This document shows, in pieces, positions 19,210-29,156 of a DNA stretch of 64,000 nucleotides. How positions within the stretch are numbered: the stretch's first letter is position 1; each line of letters starts with the position of its first letter. The notes beneath the pieces were generated by a model, which saw only the letters and a program-made list of their open reading frames with translations, did no database searches and had not been told where the DNA came from. The DNA lies in IMG/VR virus record IMGVR_UViG_3300036832_001373, positions 64,001-128,000 of that record, one strand, 5' to 3'. Both the position numbers and the translations under genes were made by a program. The DNA comes from a virus.

Positions 19210-22200
19210 TCAGAAACCTGATCCTGTTGAAGCCATAACTAGTGCCACATCTGAGGAGACAAATTTATGGGATGGTTGTTGTTGATTAGTAGCTCTGTGA
19301 TCTCTACCTTGGCCACCTGCCTGTGGTTTACGTTGAGACTTTTCTTGAGTTTTAGAATGCTGCTCTTTAAGCCGACTAACATCATTTTCTAATGATGCTT
19401 TTGAAGGTCCACCACCCTTAACATTAAGATTAGTAGGACTTTGAGAAAGTCCTCTAGTCTTAGCAGTACTCGGTATAGAACTTTCTCCTGTAGAAGTAAA
19501 ACCAGTAGACTCTAGCTCAGCCCTTTTAGTAGCTAACTGCTGCTGAATAAATTCGCTATGTTTACTTGACAAATTAAATCTTTCAGCAATACCTTCTGAA
19601 GGTTGTCTACCGGCTGTGACGCCCTCAGGTAAATTAGCTCCAATATATTTAAGATATGAACCTCCTTTAACATCTGACTCTTTCATAGAGCCAAATACCA
19701 TCTTCGAAGCAGGTGCGTTATAGTCTAATACCTCACCTTTTCCTGGGTTTGGACCTGTGTCAGAATGTCGTAGAATAAATGATTGTCCAGCATTTACTCC
19801 TTCCTTCGGCGTATTAAGATAGTACCCACCTAGAGTTTCACGACCTTTTCCAGGAAAATTATGATATCCAAATGCAATTCCTGGCGTCTCAGCAGGTAAA
19901 TGACTTGCCGCGGCAGTTGTTGGCTGAGTTCGATCCGTATAAGACTCCCCACTAACTGGATCAGTATATGTAACAGAACTAAGTCGTTTACCTTCTGGAC
20001 CGGTATAATAAATTGTAGAACGAGTTGGTTCATATGTCTTACTAAGGAGCGGACTGGTACTAGGATCACCTTGATAGAAAGGACGAAATATACCACCGCC
20101 CTTAGGAGTACCAACCCCAGGTCTACTACTTGGAAGTGGGGCTACTGTAGCTCCTCCTTCTGGACGAGACTTAAGCAACTCAGGTCCTTCGTCTCCAACT
20201 AGAACAGTTTCTCCGGGAGAAACCTCTCCTCCTTCTGCCAAAGCTCTTATAGAACCTTGATTAGAAGCGAACTGTGTATTACCTCGAATGTCATCGGAAT
20301 GAACTGGACGATTACCAGCTTTGTGGTGACTTATATTATGATGAGCATGATGATTTCTATGATGAACTCCGTGATGTTGTCCGTGGAAGGATCTATGGTG
20401 TTGTCCATGATGTCTTCCATGGTGAGAACCATGAGCAGTAGCATGTCTTATATGGTGGCGTCCATGGCGACGTCCACGACCTTCTCCATGAGAAGGAACT
20501 TTACCTAGAGTATGTAGAGGATGCAGGTCACTAGTTTCAGATCCATGTACATCATCTGGACGCTCTCTTGGTAGAGGTACATCCTCAGTAGGCTGACTGG
20601 CCATTGTAGTAGTAACTTCCGGTTCTGATTTTATCGCTGATCTAGTATCACCAGGATGAGACATAAACCCAGGACCATGCCTTGCAGTCTGACCTTTTAC
20701 GGCTATACTTTCGTCTACTTTTGCTGAATAACCAGTTGCAGACTGGGCACCAGAACCTGCTGCTGAGATATCTCTAGTAGTACTAGAAGTCTCGGTTATA
20801 TCAGTCGGCCTTGACCTAGGAGTCGGAACAAGTCCACCAGGTCCGTCTCTACCAGGTCTAGCTCTAGGCAGAGGTATTCTTTCTGCTTGTGGTACATCAA
20901 TAAGATCCTTAGTGTATGGAAGATTAGCTTTACGAACTTCACCCTTTAACCATTCTTTGTAGTAAGGTTCCATCTCCTCTTCTCTTGGAGCTCTTCCAAG
21001 CTTCCTACGAAGCATCTCTTGAGTTGATCCATAATCCCAACCTGGGTCTTTCCAGACTGGACGACGAAGAGTTTCAAGATCTCTCATCATTTCTGGAGAA
21101 ATTTGTTGAGGACCACGACCAGTATGAGGAGTTCCTGGAGGAGAAGTGTTAGCTGGGCTAGTTGCTCTTATGTCTGGATCGTAAGTCATACTAGCTTTTT
21201 TAGCACTAGTATGTGGCTTACCAGGAGGAGAAGAAGGAGTGGCAACTTTTGGAGTTTCTCCAGCAGCTCTTCTTCTTTCTTCCTCACCTACTACATGGGC
21301 CGGATAAGGATCCTTAGAGTGAACTGGAGGTGTATCAGTAGTAGTAGTAGTAGCTGTTTCCGTGGCTGGTTTCCCTGGAGCTTTACCTACAGGATAATTT
21401 CCTTCACGATAATTCTTACCCATTGGTATACTTTGAGCTTGATCCCAACCATGAGGTATGACTCTTTCTCCTTGCATAGTGCCAGTAGCAGTCCTACCAG
21501 TCTGCCATCCTCCAGCTGCCATACGACCAGGACCAGCGAGATCACTATGCATAGTATCCATTACACCATAACCACCAGGCCCATGTAAGAAATACCCTCC
21601 CCATCTATGTCGAGCAGCTAATTGAGGATTTGTTTTCTGTAGTTCTGTATGGATATCTTGATGAAATTGTTCGTACATACGATACTGACTAGGATCCTGA
21701 TAGTTATTTAGCATTTTTCCATCAGGACCAATAATTCTAAAATCAGTAGCACTTCCTCCTCTGTGGGGACCTTGGTTACGTTGACCTGAATAAGCTTCTA
21801 TGCGATACCCTTCTGGTAGATATGCTGAAGCTCTCCTGGCAGCTTCTACAAGTGCTCCTCTATTAGGATCACCTCCCATAGAATAATTTCCTACAGTAGA
21901 AAGTCTTTCCTTTCCGGCTACTCCTCCGGCTACTCCTCCACCTCCACCACCAGTTCCTTGAGGAATTTCTACATGAGGAGAATATGGACCGTAGCCAGTA
22001 ACTGTTCCTCCTCCTGAAGGTTTATAACCTGTAGCTGCTTTGCCAGCTTCACCTAAATGTTTAATAGTTTCATCAGGTCTTCTTATAGAACCAAAGATAT
22101 CTCCCATTGCGGCGATACCTTTTCCTGATCCTCCTCTCCAATGAGTTCCTGGTCCTCTTACACGATCTTCTGCGTATTTTACAAAAGCAGTAGAAGCAAC

Positions 22201-23994
22201 ATCAGGATCGTAAGCATTTCCTCCTCCCCATTTCTTAGCTTGACCTTGATCAAATTGATATAATCCAAATGATGTGGCGTCAGCACCCCTACCATGAGGC
22301 CCAAGCTTTGCGTTTAGATTAGACTCTTGAATCGCATTTGCAACACCAAATCTAGCCCATTCATCAGCAGAACCAGTTTTTATACCGTATTTAGCTCCAT
22401 CTGGAGGTATGTATCCAATCAATTTAGAGTTACTAAATTTCTGGTATAGATTTGCATATAATTCTTTTGCATCAACATGACCCGACTTATCAGCAACTAG
22501 CTTTCCAACTGGACCTCCAGAGGTTTGAGCTGGACCTCTAGGCATATCTCCTTCTGGAACTTGAGACCCAGGTTGGAAATGCCCTCCTGGTTTTACACCT
22601 AGAGCTTCACCTAATGTTCTGAGAGGTTTGTTTACATCACCAGTAACGTCAGACCCTTGGACTTGATCAGCTGGAGTGGTATCAGTTCCACCAGGAGTAT
22701 CACTACCTCCAGGCCCACTGCCTCCAGGTCCACCACCTCCTCGTCTACCACGTCCACCAAGTCCAGGAAGTCCTCCCATACCACCTCCAGGAAGACCTCC
22801 TCCACCCCCTCCACCTCCACCTCCACCACCACCGCCAGCTCCTCCACCTAAAGACTGGCCAGGAGGTGTGTAGGCTGCTAGTTGTACTCTTCCTCCTTGA
22901 TCTCGATTTAACAATTCCATTAGAAGTGCATTTAATTGACTAGATTCCTGACCTCTACTTCCTCTAAGGCTTTGGACTTCCGCAGCTAATGCTGCTAAAC
23001 CTTGTTGGTTAGCTGTAGGACTATTACCACCATTTCCAAGTGGAACAATAGCTTCCGGACCTGCCTCACCTACCATCGCCAGGGTAGGTCCCGTGACGAT
23101 ACCCCCTTGTTGGAAAGCTCGAAAAGGGACTTGACTACCGCCACGACGTAATGGCCGAAGAGTTCTATATGCAGATTCATTAGAAGGAGGAAGTCCGGGA
23201 GGAGTTGATGGAGGAGGTGATTGAGGAGTCTTTGACGGTGGTTGGTTAAATATATTAGGGTTAAATTCAGGCATCCCTTGTTTAAATTGATTCCACCAAC
23301 TAAAGTTTTCTGGCACTGGCATCTTAGCCAATTCATTAGCACGTCTTTGAAAATCCCACGCAGCAAAAGCTACAGCAAAGCCACCAAATAGAGCTTTTCC
23401 CATAATAGCAGCTTCGGCTAAAATTGATTTTGTAAAAGCTCCTCCGATAGCACCTCCGATAGCACTACCAATAGTACTCTCAGCTATGCTACCAGCAACT
23501 GACGTTCCAATTGACCCTAAAAGTCTAGAAGTTAGTGAAGCTACTATACCTTTTGAGTTGTCAGGATCCAAGAAGCCTCTAATTTTACGGAGATCGTCTG
23601 GAGTCTTACTTAAACCCTTAAGAGCATCAAAGCCGTGTTTTAATGTAACTCCCATTTGCCTCATTTCACTAAAGTTTTCTTGAAAACCTTTTACTAAAAT
23701 CCCTAATGTAGGATTAATTGCTCCTACGACATTCCCTACTGGGCGTCCAAATCCTTGGCCATAACCTGCCTGTTCCACGAAACTTCTAGCAAAGGGATTT
23801 CTCCTACCACCTCCTGGTGAACCACGACCTAAGTTATCTTCTAAGGTTTGGTCTAGACGTTCAAAGTTTCTATTTAGTTTTCTAAGTTCATCTCTTAAAC
23901 TAGAGATGGTGTCATCATATGATGGACCTTCTGGTCCACCTCCAGGTGGAGATGGCTGACCACCTGAAAGTGTAGACTTATTAGCTTGAGCCAT
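19210..23994 (-). CDS. Tape measure/baseplate hub protein with several peptidoglycan-hydrolase-like domains
   Basis: 1594 aa, downstream of the chaperone gene; two GG.V...VGE.GPE motifs; lysozyme-like QES...FGLYQF; M15-like H..G.A.D...H.D; possible DPBB-like HSDTGP...LD. Confidence 0.75.
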   Translation of the reverse strand: MAQANKSTLSGGQPSPPGGGPEGPSYDDTISSLRDELRKLNRNFERLDQTLEDNLGRGSPGGGRRNPFARSFVEQAGYGQGFGRPVGNVVGAINPTLGILVKGFQENFSEMRQMGVTLKHGFDALKGLSKTPDDLRKIRGFLDPDNSKGIVASLTSRLLGSIGTSVAGSIAESTIGSAIGGAIGGAFTKSILAEAAIMGKALFGGFAVAFAAWDFQRRANELAKMPVPENFSWWNQFKQGMPEFNPNIFNQPPSKTPQSPPPSTPPGLPPSNESAYRTLRPLRRGGSQVPFRAFQQGGIVTGPTLAMVGEAGPEAIVPLGNGGNSPTANQQGLAALAAEVQSLRGSRGQESSQLNALLMELLNRDQGGRVQLAAYTPPGQSLGGGAGGGGGGGGGGGGGGLPGGGMGGLPGLGGRGRRGGGGPGGSGPGGSDTPGGTDTTPADQVQGSDVTGDVNKPLRTLGEALGVKPGGHFQPGSQVPEGDMPRGPAQTSGGPVGKLVADKSGHVDAKELYANLYQKFSNSKLIGYIPPDGAKYGIKTGSADEWARFGVANAIQESNLNAKLGPHGRGADATSFGLYQFDQGQAKKWGGGNAYDPDVASTAFVKYAEDRVRGPGTHWRGGSGKGIAAMGDIFGSIRRPDETIKHLGEAGKAATGYKPSGGGTVTGYGPYSPHVEIPQGTGGGGGGVAGGVAGKERLSTVGNYSMGGDPNRGALVEAARRASAYLPEGYRIEAYSGQRNQGPHRGGSATDFRIIGPDGKMLNNYQDPSQYRMYEQFHQDIHTELQKTNPQLAARHRWGGYFLHGPGGYGVMDTMHSDLAGPGRMAAGGWQTGRTATGTMQGERVIPHGWDQAQSIPMGKNYREGNYPVGKAPGKPATETATTTTTDTPPVHSKDPYPAHVVGEEERRRAAGETPKVATPSSPPGKPHTSAKKASMTYDPDIRATSPANTSPPGTPHTGRGPQQISPEMMRDLETLRRPVWKDPGWDYGSTQEMLRRKLGRAPREEEMEPYYKEWLKGEVRKANLPYTKDLIDVPQAERIPLPRARPGRDGPGGLVPTPRSRPTDITETSSTTRDISAAGSGAQSATGYSAKVDESIAVKGQTARHGPGFMSHPGDTRSAIKSEPEVTTTMASQPTEDVPLPRERPDDVHGSETSDLHPLHTLGKVPSHGEGRGRRHGRHHIRHATAHGSHHGRHHGQHHRSFHGQHHGVHHRNHHAHHNISHHKAGNRPVHSDDIRGNTQFASNQGSIRALAEGGEVSPGETVLVGDEGPELLKSRPEGGATVAPLPSSRPGVGTPKGGGIFRPFYQGDPSTSPLLSKTYEPTRSTIYYTGPEGKRLSSVTYTDPVSGESYTDRTQPTTAAASHLPAETPGIAFGYHNFPGKGRETLGGYYLNTPKEGVNAGQSFILRHSDTGPNPGKGEVLDYNAPASKMVFGSMKESDVKGGSYLKYIGANLPEGVTAGRQPSEGIAERFNLSSKHSEFIQQQLATKRAELESTGFTSTGESSIPSTAKTRGLSQSPTNLNVKGGGPSKASLENDVSRLKEQHSKTQEKSQRKPQAGGQGRDHRATNQQQPSHKFVSSDVALVMASTGSGF

Positions 23995-24004
23995 GACTTA
24001 CTCT

Positions 24005-25042
24005 CTAGCCTCGCTTTACTATAGAATCGAAGCGCGCAGGTCCAGGACCAACATCTAACTCCACCTGTGCCTCGTGGCGAACCTCTTCAAGAATTCTATT
24101 TGCTAGCTTATCAGACTGCTCTTTAGTTATAATTGGAGTTACTGTCTTGCTCTCGCCATTAGAGTTTGCTCCTCTAGCTGAGCCTTCGCTTTGGATAGGT
24201 TGTCTAGTTCTGCTTGGTGGCGTCTCTGGAACCAGATTAGGTGTGGAAACGACTGGTTCTGCTGTTCGCTTAGCTGCATGCTTAAGTGATTTAGTAGAAA
24301 GTATTCTAGTTCTAATATCTGCGAAGTCGGAATCAGTGGGAAAAAATTCCAGTACTGAAAACCGAAAGGATACTGTTCGGGGTTCTCCACACTTAGAGCA
24401 TTTACACTCCATAGTATTATCAGGACCGTATCTAAACAGTCTCTTAAATCCTTCGATAACAAAAACGTCTTCTGGAGAAAATACGTTATTGATTAATTCC
24501 CATTTTTCTAGTGGCGTATGGCCATTATCGAATTCCATCATGCATAGCAGTTCCGCCTTGCGGAAGTGGCCTTCGTTGGGATTGTCGATTGAGAGCATCT
24601 TGACCTGGTTGGCTGCGCTAACGTCATCAACTTCTTTAGGAAGCCTAAAGATCATCTGATGACCGCAGGGTAGGTCAAGGCCAACTCCGTCTAGGGGATA
24701 GTCGTCTGCGACTGACGGAGATACAATTTTTGTGAGATCTAATTTACTTGAGTTTTGAGACTGGCAGGTAGGGCACTGCCAAGGAAGATTATATGGAAAA
24801 TGAGAGTAGGAATTTACTCTCTGCCAGTAAACTATGAAAAGAAAATCTGGCTCGTAGAGTTCTTCTACCTTTATTCCTTTTAACGTATTCTCTATTAAAG
24901 TCCGTAAAGCAGGAATAGATCCAGTACGTCTTATGATATAGTAATTCTCTACTTCGGAAGGACCAAATTGACGTATTGATACTTCTTTTTGATAGAGACG
25001 TGCTCCAGGTAGAGTAAGTGGATGATACTGCATCCCAGCCAT
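24005..25042 (-). CDS. Baseplate hub/tail assembly chaperone (gp26-like)
   Basis: L...DFLFIVYWQRVNSY, CPTC, LDLTK, FRLP, CSKC and EFF motifs; lies between the tube and tape measure genes. Confidence 0.8.
   Translation of the reverse strand: MAGMQYHPLTLPGARLYQKEVSIRQFGPSEVENYYIIRRTGSIPALRTLIENTLKGIKVEELYEPDFLFIVYWQRVNSYSHFPYNLPWQCPTCQSQNSSKLDLTKIVSPSVADDYPLDGVGLDLPCGHQMIFRLPKEVDDVSAANQVKMLSIDNPNEGHFRKAELLCMMEFDNGHTPLEKWELINNVFSPEDVFVIEGFKRLFRYGPDNTMECKCSKCGEPRTVSFRFSVLEFFPTDSDFADIRTRILSTKSLKHAAKRTAEPVVSTPNLVPETPPSRTRQPIQSEGSARGANSNGESKTVTPIITKEQSDKLANRILEEVRHEAQVELDVGPGPARFDSIVKRG
24139..24348 (-). CDS. Overlapping gp51/gpT-like chaperone extension, probably reached by frameshift
   Basis: The +1 frame after GAA TTT TTT CCC reads ILELEYFLLNHLSMQLSEQQNQSFPHLIWFQRRHQAELDN, similar to gp51/T-type modules. 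Confidence 0.6.
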   Translation of the reverse strand, partial: NFFPLIPTSQILELEYFLLNHLSMQLSEQQNQSFPHLIWFQRRHQAELDNLSKAKAQLEEQTLMARARQ

Positions 25043-25086
25043 AGTCTTTTCCTTTCAGTGTTACAGCACATTCTTAGACCACTAGT

Positions 25087-25836
25087 TTAAAGGGACAGTT
25101 GTTGAACTGAACCAAGAGAAGTTGATCCGCTTGGAGAAGTAACTAAATTAGGACCAACTCTTCCTTCAGTCAAGGATAGACGACCTACTGAGAAAGCCTG
25201 AGAGATTCTACTTCTACCAGGACTTTCGTAATCTAAGTGAAGAGTTCCAGTAGTAGTTGGAAAACAGTACTTATACCAAAATGTATAAACCATATTGCTT
25301 TGCATATCTTGAATATAAACATAAATAGATTGCCAATAATTTATTGGGTACATATAAGTTCCATCATCTATTCCAGTAGATGGAGTATAAGGTCTAATTA
25401 ATCTCTTCCAAGCTTGAACATATTCTAGAGGGGTACAAGCAACTATATTTCCACTATCGTCTGTATATGCGTCATTATATAGTTCCATAAGTAATTCTGA
25501 TGTGTCAAAAAAGTCTGCTACAAACATATGTCTTCCACCAATTGGGTGAGGCTCAGCTTGAGTATTATCAAAACTAAGAGTTACAGCTTGAACTATAGGT
25601 CTCTTGACCGTTACTCCTTGAGTGCTTGCAATTGGAGGAAGAATAACGTCGAATTTAAATATTCTATGAGGTTCAGGTATTGCTTCAGCATGATAGGTAC
25701 CAATAGTTATTTGACCATTGGTACCTAGAGTACCAGTAAAATTACCAGCTTGAGGGGATAACAGTATAGGACTAGAAACTGGTAACGTTACATCAGTTGC
25801 AGTTACACTAGGTAGAATTGGAACTGGAATGGGCAT
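25087..25836 (-). CDS. Tail tube-like protein (gp19/gp54 paralog)
   Basis: LEYVQAWKRLI...CFPTTTGTLHLDYE tube-fold motifs; adjacent to the main tube gene. Confidence 0.7.
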   Translation of the reverse strand: MPIPVPILPSVTATDVTLPVSSPILLSPQAGNFTGTLGTNGQITIGTYHAEAIPEPHRIFKFDVILPPIASTQGVTVKRPIVQAVTLSFDNTQAEPHPIGGRHMFVADFFDTSELLMELYNDAYTDDSGNIVACTPLEYVQAWKRLIRPYTPSTGIDDGTYMYPINYWQSIYVYIQDMQSNMVYTFWYKYCFPTTTGTLHLDYESPGRSRISQAFSVGRLSLTEGRVGPNLVTSPSGSTSLGSVQQLSL

Positions 25837-25840
25837 GGGA

Positions 25841-26389
25841 TTAAATGTTAATTGTTCCTACATCAGAGATTTTATCTATATCAGTGTAGTCGAAACTCCA
25901 GGTAATGCTTGGAGCAACAGCACGGCTTTCAGCCATTGACAGAGCAATTGCTGGATTTCCGATTGGGAAGACTCCGTAGAGAGTAGTTTTGATAGTCTTG
26001 GTTCCTGGATTATCATATTGTTGAATAGCTGCGGTGGACGAGATATCCTTTTTATTACCTCCTTTTCCTGTTATCCAGTTATAACATAGTTTCATCCAGG
26101 AAGCTATTGCAACTTGGATGTCTCCATCTACACCTTCTACTAGTGTGGTAGTCCAAGTATGGTGGAACCTAGCTCTACCAGAGTACTCAAGAGTAAATCC
26201 AGCTAGGTCAACTGGTACCTGGTCTATACCTATTCCTGGAATCTCCGTAGCAGTACAACGGAGACTCATGATCTGCGTCATCTGACCACCAATAGCTGCT
26301 CCTTTAGGAGTGATGGTCATCTGAAATTGATACCCTTTAAAGGGATCAACTAGAGCTTCTATGTCCTCAACTCTGGTGTCACCAGCCAC
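25841..26389 (-). CDS. gp19: Tail tube protein (gp19-like)
   Basis: Follows the sheath; CTATEIPG, YSGRARF..WTTT, LYGVFP, TWSFDY motifs. Confidence 0.88.
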   Translation of the reverse strand: MAGDTRVEDIEALVDPFKGYQFQMTITPKGAAIGGQMTQIMSLRCTATEIPGIGIDQVPVDLAGFTLEYSGRARFHHTWTTTLVEGVDGDIQVAIASWMKLCYNWITGKGGNKKDISSTAAIQQYDNPGTKTIKTTLYGVFPIGNPAIALSMAESRAVAPSITWSFDYTDIDKISDVGTINI

Positions 26390-26442
26390 GTTCGTACTCC
26401 TCTATTAAGTTAGATGTCTTCTTGAACTTAGAAGTTCAGGAT

Positions 26443-29131
26443 TTAACCAGTCGTAGCTCCGAGTAGATTGAACCCAGCCAACGCCTGAATCACGGAGAAA
26501 TTAACTCCTGTGGCTGTGATAATATTCTGCAGCTGAATAAATTCAGCCGCTTTCTCTGGTTGTAGATAAATATCAACGTTTAGTTGGTTCATATCTATAA
26601 CTTGTGGAGGATTGTTGGTCTCATCGCAAACCGTCTTATAGGCATAGAGACCATTCTGAGCCTGAACAAGAGATAGATATTGGTTTAGAGCGTTTGTTAT
26701 ATCTAGACGAGTATATTGGTTGTTTAGTTCGAATAGCTTGAACTTCAAGAACTGTTTTGCAGCACGTTCAATCGTTATGATACAACGACGAACGTTGATT
26801 CTATCAAGGGCAGATGGCTTGGACTGTTGAGTCTTTTGACCAAAGACTACAATACCATCTCCAGGAGAGAAGATAAGAGGATTGATATTCACAGGATTTT
26901 GATAGAGAGCCTCTATATCTCCGATTGCATCGTAACGAACCGTGACATCTACTGGAGGCAGAGTTTGTGATCTTATAACGCCACGATTATAACCAGCAGG
27001 AGCATACCAAGGATATGCCTGGTTATCAGTTCTAGCCATCACCTGAGCAATAAATCCAGACGGAGGAATTGGCATACCAGCTATATCATTATAGCTATCG
27101 TATACCTTAACCCAAGGTGAGTAGAGAGCACAGAAGCTAGACTCGATATTCTGATAGTTTAGCCTCCAGTCAGAAGCCATAGTGATAGGAGTTATCTCAA
27201 CTTTGTTGTAGGGTATGTCGAAGACAGCGAAACAGTCTCGACGTCTCTCAACAAGAGCTTGCATAGATTCTTGGACAGACCAGTCGATATCAGAGACGTA
27301 TCCACCGTTGATAAGTATATTCATATCAACGTATGCAGCATTTCCATACAACTGCCAACCCTGGATAATGTCTCCAGAAGTAACAGGCTGACCATCACTA
27401 CCCATAGTTAGAGGAACTTTGGTTGTGGTAAATGCTGGCATCACATTCTGATCTAGATCAACGTTATCGAATACTCTAATAAAGTTAGAGTATCCGTTGA
27501 TCGCAGTCTCTAGATACATGTTATTTCCATAACCATCTTTCTTATTCTTAATTCTGGAGACATCCCAGACTTCTCTGGTAATGTCAATCCCATTTTGATT
27601 TTCATATACAACTAGTTGGAACCCTTCCGGATCCCAGAGAGTCTGGATTATTGATATCTTGAGATTGTTAGCCCAGACACCTGGATTTTCAGCATAGATC
27701 ATAAAGGCGGTATTACCGGAGTCTGAGCCGATAAAGTTAGCCGAAATTGTTATTCCAGTTCCTGGAGCATTGACGAATGTGATCTCCAAAGCTCCATCAT
27801 CAGCTACTAGAGTACCTGTCTGAATTCCTTGACCAGAGACGTTACCTAAACTATCTACCGTAACTGGGATCGTAGTGGTTCCAACTGCGATCGATAGAAG
27901 TTGAACGATAGGTGCTGGAGCTAGAGTAGCAGCAAACGTTGGAGTTAAGTTATCACCAGTACCAATTTCCTGGTTGACTGAAACTGGGAAGTACTCTGGA
28001 GTTTCAGTCGGAACTCCCTGAGCGATTGGAGTAGACGGATTAGCTGACGTGAAGGTAGCAGCAATCTGAGCTCCACTTGCAGGAGGAGTATCGAAAGTAA
28101 CGTGAATAACACCAGACACGTAGTCGATATCACCAGAGGTAATGCCAGTTCCAACGATAGAACCACCTCCGTCTGCTGTAGTATATCTGGCCGTGATAAC
28201 GTTATTTAGAGCAGGAGCAGCAGAGAAAGTAACTGTTAGTGCCCCAGTAACTTTATTTATAGTACCAGAAACTAGTCCAACACCAGTAACGTTACCTAGA
28301 CTATCAACCGTACAATCTATCTGAGTAGCTCCATTCATAATAGTTAACAAAGTTCCTATAGGAGCAGGAGCCAAATGAGAAGTAAAAGTAGTTGTAGTAC
28401 CATCGCCAGTACCTATCTGGCTCTGATTGTAAACAGATACGTCGATCTGAGTAGCACCTACGTGAATTGCATTTAGAGATTGGAGAGGTACTGGACCTAA
28501 GATACCTGCAAAGATTCTAAAACTTGCATTACCAACTGCGAATACTTGAGTTACGATTTGAGATATACCTGTTTTATTTATGATGACACCAGCATATGCG
28601 CCATTGACACACACTCTAGTGAAGTATAACTGAGTCATCTCTTCTAGAGCACACAAACCACAGTACATAGCGTAACCGTAGTTTACATTAGGTGCTCCAT
28701 TGATAGTTACTAACGCTTGAGTATTAGTAAATAATACTCTTTTGTTGACTGGTCCTCTCGCAGCTTGACCTACGATAGCTCCTACCGAGGTAGCTTGATT
28801 TTGGACTATTGCTGATAGATCTACGTCTCGTGCGTATACCGTTTATGTTCGCTAGAGTTCGCTACTCTCTAACCGTTCCTTTGAGGAACCGCTCATGGTT
28901 ACCCATGAGACCAGACTATATCATCAACCACTAGGGTTGTGTGGTGCTTCGGACCGCTTGGCCCTACTCCCTTACGGGATAGTCGTTGAACCTTCCTACC
29001 AAAGATGGTAGGCTCGGCTTCGGATTGTCCTGACTCGCTTATCCAGGAGTTCCCCGAAATTCTCCACATTGTCATTAGCGAATTGCTTCGCTACGGGGCT
29101 AATAGTAACCCGGGGCGGTATAGACGGCCAT
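26443..29131 (-). CDS. gp18: Tail sheath protein, spliced (exons 29131-29108 and 28839-26443; 806 aa)
   Basis: AAGGAGG SD, then MAVYTAPG joined to VYARDVDLS...GQAARGPVN; C-terminal PWYAPAGYNRG, FGQKT, DRINVRR, KAAEFI. Confidence 0.93.
28840..29107 (-). ncRNA. Group I intron (268 nt, no ORF) in the tail sheath gene
   Basis: Exon 1 ends in U with P1 GGGU/GCCC; P7 halves AACGACTAT and GATATAGTC; P9 hairpin CTCATGG-GTAA-CCATGAG; terminal G; removal restores the frame and the PGVY motif. Confidence 0.93.
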
Positions 29132-29156
29132 TTTGGCCTCCTTCTAAGCAACGTAG

